Shown one piece after another: positions 34,884-45,243 of a stretch of DNA of 64,000 nucleotides. How positions within the stretch are numbered: the stretch's first letter is position 1; each line of letters begins with the position of its first letter. The DNA lies in the IMG/VR virus record IMGVR_UViG_3300027763_000031, positions 1-64,000 of that record; one strand, given 5' to 3'. The position numbers were made by a program, and so were the translations under genes. The DNA comes from a virus. Taxonomy: Duplodnaviria; Caudoviricetes. The notes beneath the pieces were generated by a model. That model ran no database searches, had not been told where the DNA came from, and saw nothing but the letters and a program-made list of their open reading frames with translations.

Positions 34884-35188
34884 TAATGGCAAAAGCCGTA
34901 GCTGACATTATTGGGGAGGAGTCAGTAAGTGAATACGGCAACATCATAGCCAAGCCTTACATGGGGTGGAGCAACATTTACTCTGCTTACTTCTTAGGCT
35001 CCCCAGGCAATGCCCCCAGTGACACTCTAGGCAGGCCCGTAACATTCAGCTATTACGTCCATAGTTGGCTAGGAAACCAACCACGATGGGCGCAGCCTTC
35101 AAAACGTATATTTGGCAATGGTTTTAGTGCAATCCTTTCCCCAGTCGCCGACAGCCTAGTGCCACCACCTTTGGACTCCGTGTCCTAA
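34865..35188 (+). CDS. hypothetical protein
   Basis: ORF preceded by GGGTAAAA at 34832. Confidence 0.55.
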   Translation: MVPLTVVMAKAVADIIGEESVSEYGNIIAKPYMGWSNIYSAYFLGSPGNAPSDTLGRPVTFSYYVHSWLGNQPRWAQPSKRIFGNGFSAILSPVADSLVPPPLDSVS

Positions 35189-35241
35189 TGGCTAAATAGT
35201 CAAACGGTCAAATAGCCCACAGTCAAATCAACCTAACACCG

Positions 35242-38187
35242 ATGAAAACTACTGCCCTTAACTACCCGGTCTTGTCCGATGACTTGCACCTAAAGATTTT
35301 CGGATCTGACTATAGGCCCGAAATGAATAGCAAGCAAAAGGACCAGGCCGTTTCCCTTTTGAGGAAATTTGGGATTGAGACCCCCGTTGATTATCCCGAA
35401 AGCATCTATGATGGGCCAGTCCCCCTGCCTAGCCTAAAGGCCAACAATATTCGCGACCACTTTGAAAAGATTGCAGAAAATCAAGTTGGACGCTACAAGG
35501 AATTGGGCAATAAATTTGCCAAATGTACCCTACCAAAGATCCCGTCAATCAACGATTTAGTATTTCAACCGGGGTGGACACGGTATGAGCTTATCGGGGA
35601 TGGCCCCAACAAGCAATGGCAAACTAGAAAAGTACCCCACCCCGAGGAAGAAGTATTTACATTCGACACGGAAACTTTCGTTAAAGGTGGAGCCTTTCCC
35701 ATTATTGGAACTGCTCTAAGTGACAGGGCCGCCTATATTTGGTTAGCCGCCGAGCTGATTGACCTTGATATTCCCCAAAATGATTGGGATCAATTTAAAC
35801 TTATTCCAATTGGGACTGACAGGCTTGTTATTGGCCACAATATATCCTATGACCGTGTGAGGGCCCAAGAGGGTTATTCGCTAGATTTTACCAAACCGGA
35901 GAATTTCTACTTTGATACCCTGTCAGCGCACGTTGGCGTATCAGGCTTAGCATCAGGCCAAAGGTGGCTCTATGCACTGGCTGAAAAAGACTTTGATCTG
36001 CTTGATGATGATGAGAAGCGGAAACTCAAGTACTCCCCAGAATGGCTTGACAGGGGGAGCACAAACTCCCTAGTTAAAACATACAACTTCCATGTTCAAC
36101 GGGCAAAAGAATTTTTCTTTGACGATGGGGATGTAAAGCTATTATCAGATTCCGACAAGGAAATTAGGAACATTTTTGTTACCGCTGATACGCTTTCCGA
36201 AATCAATAAGGTACTAGCTGAAACAGTCGATTATGCCATTAAGGACGCTTATTATACTTCGGAATTATTCCAGGCGCTATGGCCAAAATACCTTGATAGC
36301 ACACCATCGATGGTAGGTCTTTGCGGGCATTACCACCTGAATGGGTCTGTGGTGCCATTGGTTGATAATTGGTTCGAATGGGTGCAAGGGGCTGAAGAAG
36401 TCTATAACAGCCATAGCCAGGAAATGACCGGTCTTTGTAAGACTTTGCTATGGGATACTTTCAATTCATGGAAGGAAATAGTAGATAGCCACGAAACAAA
36501 GGAAATCGGGGTCAAAGAAGCAAGTAAATGGGTATCAAAAGACCCGTGGATTCGTCAATTAGATTGGGAAGTGAAGTCTATTAAGGGTGTCTACGCATGG
36601 ATCCCCACTTGGATGAGGCCCTATAAGAAGGACCCTGATAAGAAGATTGGCGTTAAAAGCAAACTATCGCATTTCCTACTGAAACTAAAATGGGAAGGCA
36701 CCCCTATCGTTTGGGAAGATGGACAAGGTTGGTGTTTTACTACGGGGGAAGGCACCCTGGATAGAATCCCACACCCTGAGAAACCCGGCGAAAACGTAGG
36801 CGGCCTATTCTCAAAAGAGTTCGTTACTCACATGGAAGTTGGAAGACTAAGTAGTGACTTACCAGAGGCAAAAAGGGCACTGGAAATTGCCAATGCCATT
36901 AGTTTTTGGACATCAGTTCGTAGCCGGGTTAAAAGCCGTATTGTCATGGGGGCCACCAACCCCTTAGGGAAACCTAACCTCGTTACCCTCCCAGAGATCG
37001 TCTGCCACGGAACCGTCACCCGGAGGGTCGTAGAGAGCCTTATGGCCACCATGTGCTCTACTAAGAGCTGGCGTATCGGAACCGAGCTTAAGACCCGTGT
37101 ACAGGCCCCTGAGGGGTGGAAAATCATTAGTGCGGACTATGACGGCCAAGAGATGCAGATTGCGTCTATCTATAGTGATAAATGGGAAGGTGGTTTCATT
37201 GGGTGTTCGCCCATGGGGTACAATGTGCTTTCGGGTTCTAAAGAGAATGGCACTGATCCTCACACTGCATTGGCTAGAGCGATCTTCCCGGAATTGTATG
37301 GGGGTCTAATTTGGGATAAATCCCTGGGGATCTGCTATAAATATGAGCAAAAACCTGAAGACAGCGATGATTGCCGCTCCCGTGATGGCTACTGGGTGTC
37401 CCCAATCGACAAGGAAAAAGATACCTTGCTTAAAATAGCTAGAGACCTGGCCAAGATTGTAGGATTTGCTACTTTGTACGGCGGGAGCGTCAGAGCCCTT
37501 AGCAACCCAATCCGAATGACTTTCCCCGATAAAGACGAGGATGCAGTCAAGACTTTTGCCCTTAAAGCTATTGCGTCTAAGAAGGGGGTCTTAAGGTTTG
37601 GTAAATACGAAGGTGGATCAGACTCAGGTGCTTTCAATATGATGGAAAGAATTTCCATGGGGCCGGGTACACCCCGGTTGCCGTGTTTGGGGACAAAAAT
37701 ATCAACGGCCATGATGCCATCTGCAGTCGGCAATGATTTTAAAACAGGTAGGACAAATTGGGCAATTCAAGCTTCAGGGTCCGAAATCCTGTCTATCACC
37801 CTAACTGCCGTGGCATGGCTGGCCGAAGAGTTTAAGATCCCCTACCGATTCATAATTAGCATCCATGATGAACTGCATTTCATGACACCGGAAAAATACG
37901 CAGAGCAGTTTGCCGTGTTATTCCAGATTGCCCACCTTTTCACTTGGGGACTATTCCACTACGCGATGGAAATACCCGAATTACCACTGAGCCGTGCGTT
38001 TTTCTCCTCGGTTGCCATTGATGATAGGCTCCGGAAGTCCCCGAAGGAAAATACGGTAACTCCATCTAATCAGCCCGGGGGTGATGAACCACCCGGGGTT
38101 GAATACTCAATGACTCAACTATTTGAATTGGGTGCTGTCAATAAGTTGACTTTCCGGTATGATTCAATTCAGAAAGGACTCATTTAG
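35242..38187 (+). CDS. family A DNA polymerase, mitochondrial Pol-gamma-like
   Basis: Exo FDTET, GHNISYDRVR, FDTLSAH; GTVTRRVVE, RIGTELKTRVQAPEG, ADYDGQE (motif A), RDLAKIVGFATLYG (motif B), RTNWAIQASG, ISIHDE (motif C), AFFSSVAIDDRLRK. Confidence 0.93.
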   Translation: MKTTALNYPVLSDDLHLKIFGSDYRPEMNSKQKDQAVSLLRKFGIETPVDYPESIYDGPVPLPSLKANNIRDHFEKIAENQVGRYKELGNKFAKCTLPKIPSINDLVFQPGWTRYELIGDGPNKQWQTRKVPHPEEEVFTFDTETFVKGGAFPIIGTALSDRAAYIWLAAELIDLDIPQNDWDQFKLIPIGTDRLVIGHNISYDRVRAQEGYSLDFTKPENFYFDTLSAHVGVSGLASGQRWLYALAEKDFDLLDDDEKRKLKYSPEWLDRGSTNSLVKTYNFHVQRAKEFFFDDGDVKLLSDSDKEIRNIFVTADTLSEINKVLAETVDYAIKDAYYTSELFQALWPKYLDSTPSMVGLCGHYHLNGSVVPLVDNWFEWVQGAEEVYNSHSQEMTGLCKTLLWDTFNSWKEIVDSHETKEIGVKEASKWVSKDPWIRQLDWEVKSIKGVYAWIPTWMRPYKKDPDKKIGVKSKLSHFLLKLKWEGTPIVWEDGQGWCFTTGEGTLDRIPHPEKPGENVGGLFSKEFVTHMEVGRLSSDLPEAKRALEIANAISFWTSVRSRVKSRIVMGATNPLGKPNLVTLPEIVCHGTVTRRVVESLMATMCSTKSWRIGTELKTRVQAPEGWKIISADYDGQEMQIASIYSDKWEGGFIGCSPMGYNVLSGSKENGTDPHTALARAIFPELYGGLIWDKSLGICYKYEQKPEDSDDCRSRDGYWVSPIDKEKDTLLKIARDLAKIVGFATLYGGSVRALSNPIRMTFPDKDEDAVKTFALKAIASKKGVLRFGKYEGGSDSGAFNMMERISMGPGTPRLPCLGTKISTAMMPSAVGNDFKTGRTNWAIQASGSEILSITLTAVAWLAEEFKIPYRFIISIHDELHFMTPEKYAEQFAVLFQIAHLFTWGLFHYAMEIPELPLSRAFFSSVAIDDRLRKSPKENTVTPSNQPGGDEPPGVEYSMTQLFELGAVNKLTFRYDSIQKGLI

Positions 38188-38711
38188 CTTTTAACTTACC
38201 TTTAACCAAAACTAATCACCAAAACACCATGTCAACACAACCAAAACTGAAAAAGAATCGCGCTGTTTCTGCCATCGTTATTGCGCATCCCGGCTCCCTA
38301 GGTACCTTCTATATGCCGCAACCTTTCGATAAAAAGGATAAATTTATCCCTTCTTCAGTCGATTGCGCATATAATGCTCTTTACTACTCCGAAGATCAAG
38401 TTGTCCAAATGCTTAAAGCCCTCTGACTATTGGGCACTAAGCCCGTGGGAATTACTACATCTCAACCCAAACAGCAACATGCCATTTCCGCTACCCTTAG
38501 ACCCACAGTTTCGCAAAGAAGTTATCCGTAGTTGGATCGATGATGTTGATGACCGGGTCAATATGGGGGATTTAGACGGGGCTGAAAAAAGCTGGCAGAC
38601 AGCCAATCACCTATATCTCAAACTCCCTGCTGGAAAAGGTGATGCAGAATTGGAAAGGCATCTGGTGGCAAGTAGGGTAAAACTCACTGAGTATCCCTCA
38701 ATAAAAACCAA

Positions 38712-39029
38712 ATGCGAACCGTATCCAACGAAACCACCACAGTAAAGGCTACACCAGCCACTGGGCTTGAGACTTATAGTGAAACTTTGTCTGACGGCCG
38801 AACCCTCACAATTAGGGAAATGACCGGCAGGGATTTAATTTACCTAGAAGAAGAACTTGGTGAATTCAAACAAGCCAAGCAAAGCTTTCTATTGGCCGAA
38901 CGATTAACAATCGGTGAGGATAAAATTTCCTTTGACGAAATTGCTGATCTCCGTCTTTCAGACATCAAAAAAATCAGTGAGTTAGTCGGCAAGGCAATGG
39001 GAGAAGTTGTAGTTGACCCAAAATCTTAA
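38712..39029 (+). CDS. tail assembly chaperone (short, G-like form)
   Basis: TLSDGRTLTIREMTGRDL...; ends just after the slippery heptamer C CCA AAA. Confidence 0.65.
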   Translation: MRTVSNETTTVKATPATGLETYSETLSDGRTLTIREMTGRDLIYLEEELGEFKQAKQSFLLAERLTIGEDKISFDEIADLRLSDIKKISELVGKAMGEVVVDPKS

Positions 39030-39433
39030 TTGAGGATCAAGACGACTTTTCGTATCTTGTAACTATAGACGGGTGGGGGCCATTTCACCTCAGGGAGATA
39101 ACCCCGAAAGACTTCTATAGGGCACAAATCCTCAGGAATGGTGAGAAGAGCTTCCTACCGCTACTTCTAAGGGTGATCTTAAATACCGAAGCTATCGATG
39201 AAACCCCGTCTAAAGTTTTCAAAGTACTAATTGACTGGGCAGTGACAACTATCTTTCAAGAAAATATTCTGTCAGTGGAAAATTGGCTTGAAGTAGCGTT
39301 TCACTTATGCAAACAACGGTGGGATTCATCCATCGATTGGTTGGAAACTCAACCTATGAGTAAAATTAGAGCCATGATTGAAGTCAATAAAAAATATGCC
39401 GAAGAACAAGAGAACTTAATGAAAAAGAAATAA
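39017..39433 (+). CDS. -1 frameshift extension of the tail chaperone (GT-like form)
   Basis: -1 frame opens exactly at the heptamer (TGA at 39014) and stays open to 39433 with no early ATG. Confidence 0.65.
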   Translation, partial: PKILIEDQDDFSYLVTIDGWGPFHLREITPKDFYRAQILRNGEKSFLPLLLRVILNTEAIDETPSKVFKVLIDWAVTTIFQENILSVENWLEVAFHLCKQRWDSSIDWLETQPMSKIRAMIEVNKKYAEEQENLMKKK

Positions 39434-39436
39434 TAA

Positions 39437-39847
39437 ATGAAAATTAAAGTCACCCTAAAGGAACCAGGTTCTATGCAACCCTTTAAATTAGGGTGGTGGG
39501 GTCCGGCCAAAGTGGAATGGGCCCCTGCCCTTCTAGATGATAACAAGGTTAACTGGCCGTCTCAAGTAGATCCCGAAGGGAGACCCTGGATTAAATTAAG
39601 CCCCAACACTATAAAGAAAAGAATTTCTAGTGGGTTTGGAGCTGGCCCCATTTTGAGGCAAACCGGCGAAATGCAAGACTCAGCCACTATTAAACCTTGG
39701 GGTAATAGATTCTTAGTCGATACGACTCCGTGGGGGGTGTTCAACCAATTTGGGACTGAAAAAATGCCCGCCCGCCCATGGATGGGAGTACCAGATAGCT
39801 CCCTTGACAAACTATCTGACATTGCCTGGAAACACATTCTTAAATAA
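39437..39847 (+). CDS. phage virion morphogenesis/tail completion protein (Mu gpG / P2 gpS-like)
   Basis: DPEGRPWIKLSPNT, ILRQTGEM, QFGTEKMPARPWMG. Confidence 0.85.
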   Translation: MKIKVTLKEPGSMQPFKLGWWGPAKVEWAPALLDDNKVNWPSQVDPEGRPWIKLSPNTIKKRISSGFGAGPILRQTGEMQDSATIKPWGNRFLVDTTPWGVFNQFGTEKMPARPWMGVPDSSLDKLSDIAWKHILK

Positions 39848-39849
39848 CC

Positions 39850-40299
39850 ATGACAAGACAACGCGCTAAAGACCCCGTCGGTAAATTTGTTGGCGATGAC
39901 CCAACTACCCCCAATGTAAATGAAGCCTGGGACGAAAATCCAGCTGCTGAAATTGCACCCAATCCAGAAACCCCTGAGCCCCCCGTAGCCATGGTGCCAG
40001 GGCCCACAGAACCCCCTGGTTTAGAGTCCGAATCACACGAATCACACGAACCCGCTGTCATCGATCTGAAAACAGCAGAGAGCACTGCCATTAAGGATAA
40101 ACCCACTAAGGAGTCCATCGAGGCGTCTATTCAAGAGAAACTTTCCAATAGGTTAAACTCCCCGGAAGTAGACCCATTTGTACCTTCGAGTCAACTTAAT
40201 AACGAAGTTAAGGAAGTTTCTAGGGATAATGGCTTCCCCCTAACTCGTGGTACTGAAGTTGGTGCTCGCCTGATGGCAAAAGCAAAAAGAGGAACCTGA
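39850..40299 (+). CDS. hypothetical virion-region protein
   Basis: GKFVGDDPTTPNVNEAW N-terminal motif. Confidence 0.6.
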   Translation: MTRQRAKDPVGKFVGDDPTTPNVNEAWDENPAAEIAPNPETPEPPVAMVPGPTEPPGLESESHESHEPAVIDLKTAESTAIKDKPTKESIEASIQEKLSNRLNSPEVDPFVPSSQLNNEVKEVSRDNGFPLTRGTEVGARLMAKAKRGT

Positions 40300-40302
40300 T
40301 AG

Positions 40303-40668
40303 ATGGCAAACCTAGTTTTTCAATCTGGTTCAACCTGGAGAAGACTGGGTTTTGCTCTATACTCAAACTCCCTTTCATACAGGGAAGTTCTAGATAATAA
40401 TCCCACATGGTCTGTAGTAAAAAATCCCCCTTTAGGGACAATTCTTAACCCGGGTAGTGTTACTGGGTCAGTTACGTCTGTGGGGTTAACCCAACAATCC
40501 CCCGTACTGTCCCCCGTTACAAACTCTGTGGGAGACTTCTTCCCTTTCACTTCTCAAGAGTCTTACGCTGAGTCATTATCGAGATACACCAGATTGTCTT
40601 TAAGTGATGTAGAAAGAAACAACGGTTGGTCAGCCGCTAGTGTTCATTCCGATACTGGCAACCAATAG
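40303..40668 (+). CDS. tail X / LysM-like baseplate protein
   Basis: G.TW..L...LY......REVLDNNP.......PLGTIL. Confidence 0.55.
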   Translation: MANLVFQSGSTWRRLGFALYSNSLSYREVLDNNPTWSVVKNPPLGTILNPGSVTGSVTSVGLTQQSPVLSPVTNSVGDFFPFTSQESYAESLSRYTRLSLSDVERNNGWSAASVHSDTGNQ

Positions 40669-40842
40669 GATAAAACCTCCAATCTTTGGCTAGGGGGTAT
40701 CACTATCCAGGTCAGAAAGGATGTCAATTTAGTGGTGGGTAAATATTAATTGTCCATAAACAATCCTTGGCCTACGGGCACCACCACCGGAGTTATCCCC
40801 GCCGGTACGAGGATTAGGTAAAGGGGGAATACTAAATATAAA

Positions 40843-43800
40843 ATGGCAACTTTCTCTTTTGGCACCACCCCTGGGGCCCCTGGTACATTCATAAACGAAG
40901 TCGCTGGCAATATTACAGCCGCGCCAATCGCAACATTTAACACTGCCTATATGTTGGTGGAGGCTGAGGACTCTGTCCCAGTAAGTCGCTTTCCGTTTAA
41001 CACCCCGGTCGTCATCACTTCTTTAAATGACTATAGGGCCCTAGTAGGCGGAGTACCCACCGAGAAAATCCCCCTCCTTAGCTATAATTGTGTAAATGAA
41101 CTTTTCCTAAATGCTCAACAAGTTGGGGACGTTCGTGTTGTCAGAGTAGGAACACCAACCCAGATTGCTGAAATTGAGTTTCTACCTTCTGGCACCAAAA
41201 TCAATTCCACTGGACTGCCCTCCCAGCTTGAAGCTGGTGACCGGGTATACATCCAAATGATCCTCAATGGCCAAAAGCTAGTGGCTGGGGATGGTTCCAC
41301 TGGTTATACTGCCGATGGCGAGTGGCTCGGTGTCCCTGTTACTATCCCCGTTGGTTATATTGTTGGGGACGAAGTAAATAACCGCAAAATTTCATCTGCA
41401 ATCGTCAACGCATTTGCTGCTGCAATTGAGTCTAATCCTAGCATTAGTAGCTCTGCGTATGTCAGGGAGTCGGGCTTAGTAAATACCCTTTGCCCTGAGA
41501 CAAATTCAGAAAGCGGATTTGCAGTTCTAGCAGCTACAACTTTTGATGGGACCATTCAAGTAGTACCTGAACAATTCATTGTAGGCGCTGCTAAAATCTT
41601 AATGACCGATTGCTATGTGGTTGGAACCATTGATTGTGCCCAGACTAGCCTAGAAAGGGTTCCTCAAGACTATGTTCAGTGCATCAGAACTGCATTTGAC
41701 GGACAACAAGACCAGGGGTATCTGCTATCGCCCACTGCATATGCGCAGTTTGATGCTGCAGGTAGAACTGCCGTGGGAGCTGCTGCTGCGGCCCATTGTG
41801 AAGATGGTAACTTTAAGTGGCTGGCTTTGGCAGATAGTGGCTCGTTCTTAGTCACAGATATCAATAAGTATAAAAACTATATTCCACACCAGCCTGCCGA
41901 AGATTTGGTAATGGGCTTGAAGTATTTGGTTGATAATACCATCTACGAATGGACCGGCAATGACGTTACTTACAGACGTTTGCCATACCAATCCATGATC
42001 CCTGGCCATAGCCCAAAGGTCGCAGTACTGCAATCTACAGCAACTGTAGCCGCTGGCGAGAAGGTCGGCATTTTAGACCCCGCTGTCTTTGCACTGGAGT
42101 CCGTTTCTGGTTTGGCCCAGAATGGCATTTTCGTCGTTGATGGTGCTGTTTGGCCAGTCGGGAAAGAGATTCAAGAGGTGACCATCAGCAACGCTGGTGC
42201 GGACTTCGGCGGATTGTTTGGCATGGGTGAGACTTCAGCTACTGTCTATATCGTAGCACCCCCTTATGATGAGAATCTGTTCTGTGCTTATCCTTCTAAT
42301 AGTAGCACTCAGTATGTCTACATTACAGAAACAGCATCTGAAGCTACTGCAGTATTGACAGCGGTTATGGCTGCTGGGGGCACTGACCTTGTAGCTAACG
42401 GTGTAGCTGCAGCAAATGGAGCTTATGTAGTTAGCACCCCAACCGGATCTACAGCGGTCGTCACCTATGGCACACCAGACTGGAATTGGCCTGTTGAAAT
42501 CCAGGGGCAAACCTCTGACCTGATTCAAAATATCACAGGGGAAACAAAGGGCGTTAATACATTGCACCTTCCTGCAACCCTTCAGGATTCAACCAGAGAC
42601 TATAGACTGAATTTCGTCTCAAGGACTTTATTTGACCCTTCTGAGGGTATCAATTCTTATACCATGGCCGGTAGTACTACTGCTCATGTGTCACTAGACA
42701 TCAATAAGCACGGTCTAGTCAATGGTCAAAAAGTCTTCTTCACGCAAGCTGTTTTGGCTGGCACCACGACTTTGCTAAAGGCAACTACTGCTAACTCCAT
42801 TAATCCCTACTTTGTTAAGGTCATTGATAATGACATCATCCTGCTAGCATCTAGCTATACGGGGTATTTGTCTGGCTCATATATTACTTTCCCATCTGGC
42901 TCTATTTCCACAAAGCCCACCATTTTGTACTCTGGAGTATTAGGTGGTAACTTAACCTCTGTTAATTTGGCCGAACTAACCACCATCCCCCTAATTAGGG
43001 CTCGGAAATATGGTTTAAACAGTGGTATTATCGCAAGCCAGGCTGCTGACGCATCGGTGGCACCAGCCCCCGGAGCTGGCAACCCAACTGTGTCCATGTA
43101 CCTTAATAGGAGTTCCAAGATCCTTGGTGAAGAGTTGATTTTCCCCTATGGTGAAACCACATCTGCTGGATGGCTGCCTACCTTGGCTTTAGTTAACCCT
43201 GGTGCAACGCAGAGTTCAACTCAAAACTATATTTGCACCCCGACTACAACTCAAAACTTTACCTCCCAGGCCTTCATAGTACCAGCTATTGACGCCATTT
43301 ACGGTGGCGACTACGAGGCTAATACTACTGCTAGCACAGGACTTCTTGATGTAGCTTCCCCTTATGCAGTAGCTAGCGGACTGGCTGTTTCTAGCACAGG
43401 CATCAATATTCAGTCTTCTATCAGCCATTTAGGTGGTGTCTACTTCCAAGTGACCTCGGCACCAACAAACTCTGTGGCACCAGACGGTACTACTGCAGTT
43501 AAAGTGGGCGACAGGATCGCCGCAGTGCTTAATGGGGGCAGTTACGACTGGGTTGTGGTCCCTGCTAATAACCTTGGTGGTGATCTTACATCGGTTGGCC
43601 ATGTGTGCCATGGCTCACAAGTCGAACTTGTATTAACCGAAGAGCAAACACCATTAACCAATTTGTGGAACTTTGATGCCATTACATCCACTGAGATTAT
43701 CGATGATGCTTTACGTGGGGTGGGAAATTCAGGAGAACCAGAGGCGGTATTCATAGAGGCAGGTGTCGATAATGTAGCACGCTTGCTAGAGGATAGCCAA

Positions 43801-44493
43801 CGCTACTTTAACGCTTTTGGATTTATTGCCTACTATGGCCCACACATCCTTAATTCAGCGGGTCAGTACATTCCTCTCTCCCCATATGTGGCCGGTGTTG
43901 CACTAAGGCGGTATCGTTCTGAGGGGTTCCAATTCCCTCCAGCTGGCACTAAGTATCAACTTGTCGATGCCGTTAGTGTTCAACTTTCTGTCAACTCAGC
44001 TCAACAGAACCTGTTGAATCCCAGAGGTTGCAACGTTGCTAGGACTTTACCTGGTTATGCTTCTTCTGCGATTTTCATCTGGGGCGGAAGAACTAGGGTT
44101 AACCCTGCTGTCCCCGAACAACGTAAGTTCCAATTTGTCAACACCCGCGTCATCCAGAACGTTGTTTATGGTTCGCTCCGCAGGGTATTTGATAATCAAA
44201 TCTTCTCAGTAATTGATGGCTTTGGAGTTATCTTCAACCAGATTGTCACCATTGGCAACAGCGTCATGGGTCAACTTTACAACGAAGGTGCTCTTTATGG
44301 TGCTAAGCCTTCGGATGCTTTCCAGGTCATCTGCGACGAAAGGATCAACAGGGTCGAAGATCTGGAAAACGGAATCGTCAATGTCCAAGTCTATGATGTC
44401 CCTGTCCCAACAATGGAAAGAATCGATGTTGGATTGATTAGAGTTTCCATTGGTCAAATGAGCAATGAACTTCAATCAAGGGGCTTAGGTTAA
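40843..44493 (+). CDS. tail sheath protein with large insertion domains
   Basis: N-terminal PGTFINE; C-terminal PLSPYVAGV, FPPAG, LLNPRGCN, FIWGGRT, FVNTRVI, PVPTMERI. Confidence 0.88.
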   Translation: MATFSFGTTPGAPGTFINEVAGNITAAPIATFNTAYMLVEAEDSVPVSRFPFNTPVVITSLNDYRALVGGVPTEKIPLLSYNCVNELFLNAQQVGDVRVVRVGTPTQIAEIEFLPSGTKINSTGLPSQLEAGDRVYIQMILNGQKLVAGDGSTGYTADGEWLGVPVTIPVGYIVGDEVNNRKISSAIVNAFAAAIESNPSISSSAYVRESGLVNTLCPETNSESGFAVLAATTFDGTIQVVPEQFIVGAAKILMTDCYVVGTIDCAQTSLERVPQDYVQCIRTAFDGQQDQGYLLSPTAYAQFDAAGRTAVGAAAAAHCEDGNFKWLALADSGSFLVTDINKYKNYIPHQPAEDLVMGLKYLVDNTIYEWTGNDVTYRRLPYQSMIPGHSPKVAVLQSTATVAAGEKVGILDPAVFALESVSGLAQNGIFVVDGAVWPVGKEIQEVTISNAGADFGGLFGMGETSATVYIVAPPYDENLFCAYPSNSSTQYVYITETASEATAVLTAVMAAGGTDLVANGVAAANGAYVVSTPTGSTAVVTYGTPDWNWPVEIQGQTSDLIQNITGETKGVNTLHLPATLQDSTRDYRLNFVSRTLFDPSEGINSYTMAGSTTAHVSLDINKHGLVNGQKVFFTQAVLAGTTTLLKATTANSINPYFVKVIDNDIILLASSYTGYLSGSYITFPSGSISTKPTILYSGVLGGNLTSVNLAELTTIPLIRARKYGLNSGIIASQAADASVAPAPGAGNPTVSMYLNRSSKILGEELIFPYGETTSAGWLPTLALVNPGATQSSTQNYICTPTTTQNFTSQAFIVPAIDAIYGGDYEANTTASTGLLDVASPYAVASGLAVSSTGINIQSSISHLGGVYFQVTSAPTNSVAPDGTTAVKVGDRIAAVLNGGSYDWVVVPANNLGGDLTSVGHVCHGSQVELVLTEEQTPLTNLWNFDAITSTEIIDDALRGVGNSGEPEAVFIEAGVDNVARLLEDSQRYFNAFGFIAYYGPHILNSAGQYIPLSPYVAGVALRRYRSEGFQFPPAGTKYQLVDAVSVQLSVNSAQQNLLNPRGCNVARTLPGYASSAIFIWGGRTRVNPAVPEQRKFQFVNTRVIQNVVYGSLRRVFDNQIFSVIDGFGVIFNQIVTIGNSVMGQLYNEGALYGAKPSDAFQVICDERINRVEDLENGIVNVQVYDVPVPTMERIDVGLIRVSIGQMSNELQSRGLG

Positions 44494-44508
44494 TCTACAA
44501 GAGGGTTA

Positions 44509-44793
44509 ATGAACAAGGAATTAAAGCTACAGATTCCTGACTCTCTTTTTTCTAAGCTAGAGCAAGAAGCTAAGGGGCAGGGTGTTTCATTAGAAGCATT
44601 CTGCCTCTATATGCTAGAAAGCGACAATCAAAGAGTTTCAGAACAACTGACAGATCCATCACTGTACGGGTCTTTACCGAATGGTCAAATTAGGTTAGAA
44701 ATGAAGAAAGTCATGGGAAGTGACTTACCTACAGAGGAGATAAAAAGAAGGGTAAGACAATTAGAGCTTCAAATTCTAAGGTGTTATAGATGA
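44509..44793 (+). CDS. small RHH/CopG-like DNA-binding protein
   Basis: LKLQIPDSLFSKLEQEAKGQGVSLE. Confidence 0.55.
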   Translation: MNKELKLQIPDSLFSKLEQEAKGQGVSLEAFCLYMLESDNQRVSEQLTDPSLYGSLPNGQIRLEMKKVMGSDLPTEEIKRRVRQLELQILRCYR

Positions 44794-45167
44794 GTGTGCC
44801 GCAACCGACATACCCCACTGTAAGGGGCATAGCTTACCCCTTAAGAATTGAAAATGGCAATCTAGCTACAAGTACTGATTTCGAATTGAAATCTCAGGAG
44901 ATCAGAAGTGTAGTAGAGACGAGATTTTTCGAAAGGGTGATGAGAGCTGATTACGGGGTTGGTGACCATACTCTAGATGTAATGGACCCTGGGCAAATTA
45001 ATTCAGAATTTCAAACTTCAATATCATCACAGGTTTCAGGTTTAACTTCTCTCTCTGTTAATGGGGACTGGGTAACCAGGGGGGACGACGGTGTTTATTT
45101 AGTGGCCATTACTTACGCCGTCAACAACATACCTCAACCCCCTGTTCAATTCTCCCTTGGAAACTGA
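44790..45167 (+). CDS. baseplate wedge subunit (gp25/GpW family)
   Basis: GIAYPL, IRSVVETRFFERVMRADYG. Confidence 0.85.
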   Translation: MSVPQPTYPTVRGIAYPLRIENGNLATSTDFELKSQEIRSVVETRFFERVMRADYGVGDHTLDVMDPGQINSEFQTSISSQVSGLTSLSVNGDWVTRGDDGVYLVAITYAVNNIPQPPVQFSLGN

Positions 45168-45243
45168 GTTTCCATGGGGTAAAACCTCTACAGCATAATA
45201 TTTAGTAGCTTGGTCAAACATCATATCAACAAAAGGGAAGGAA

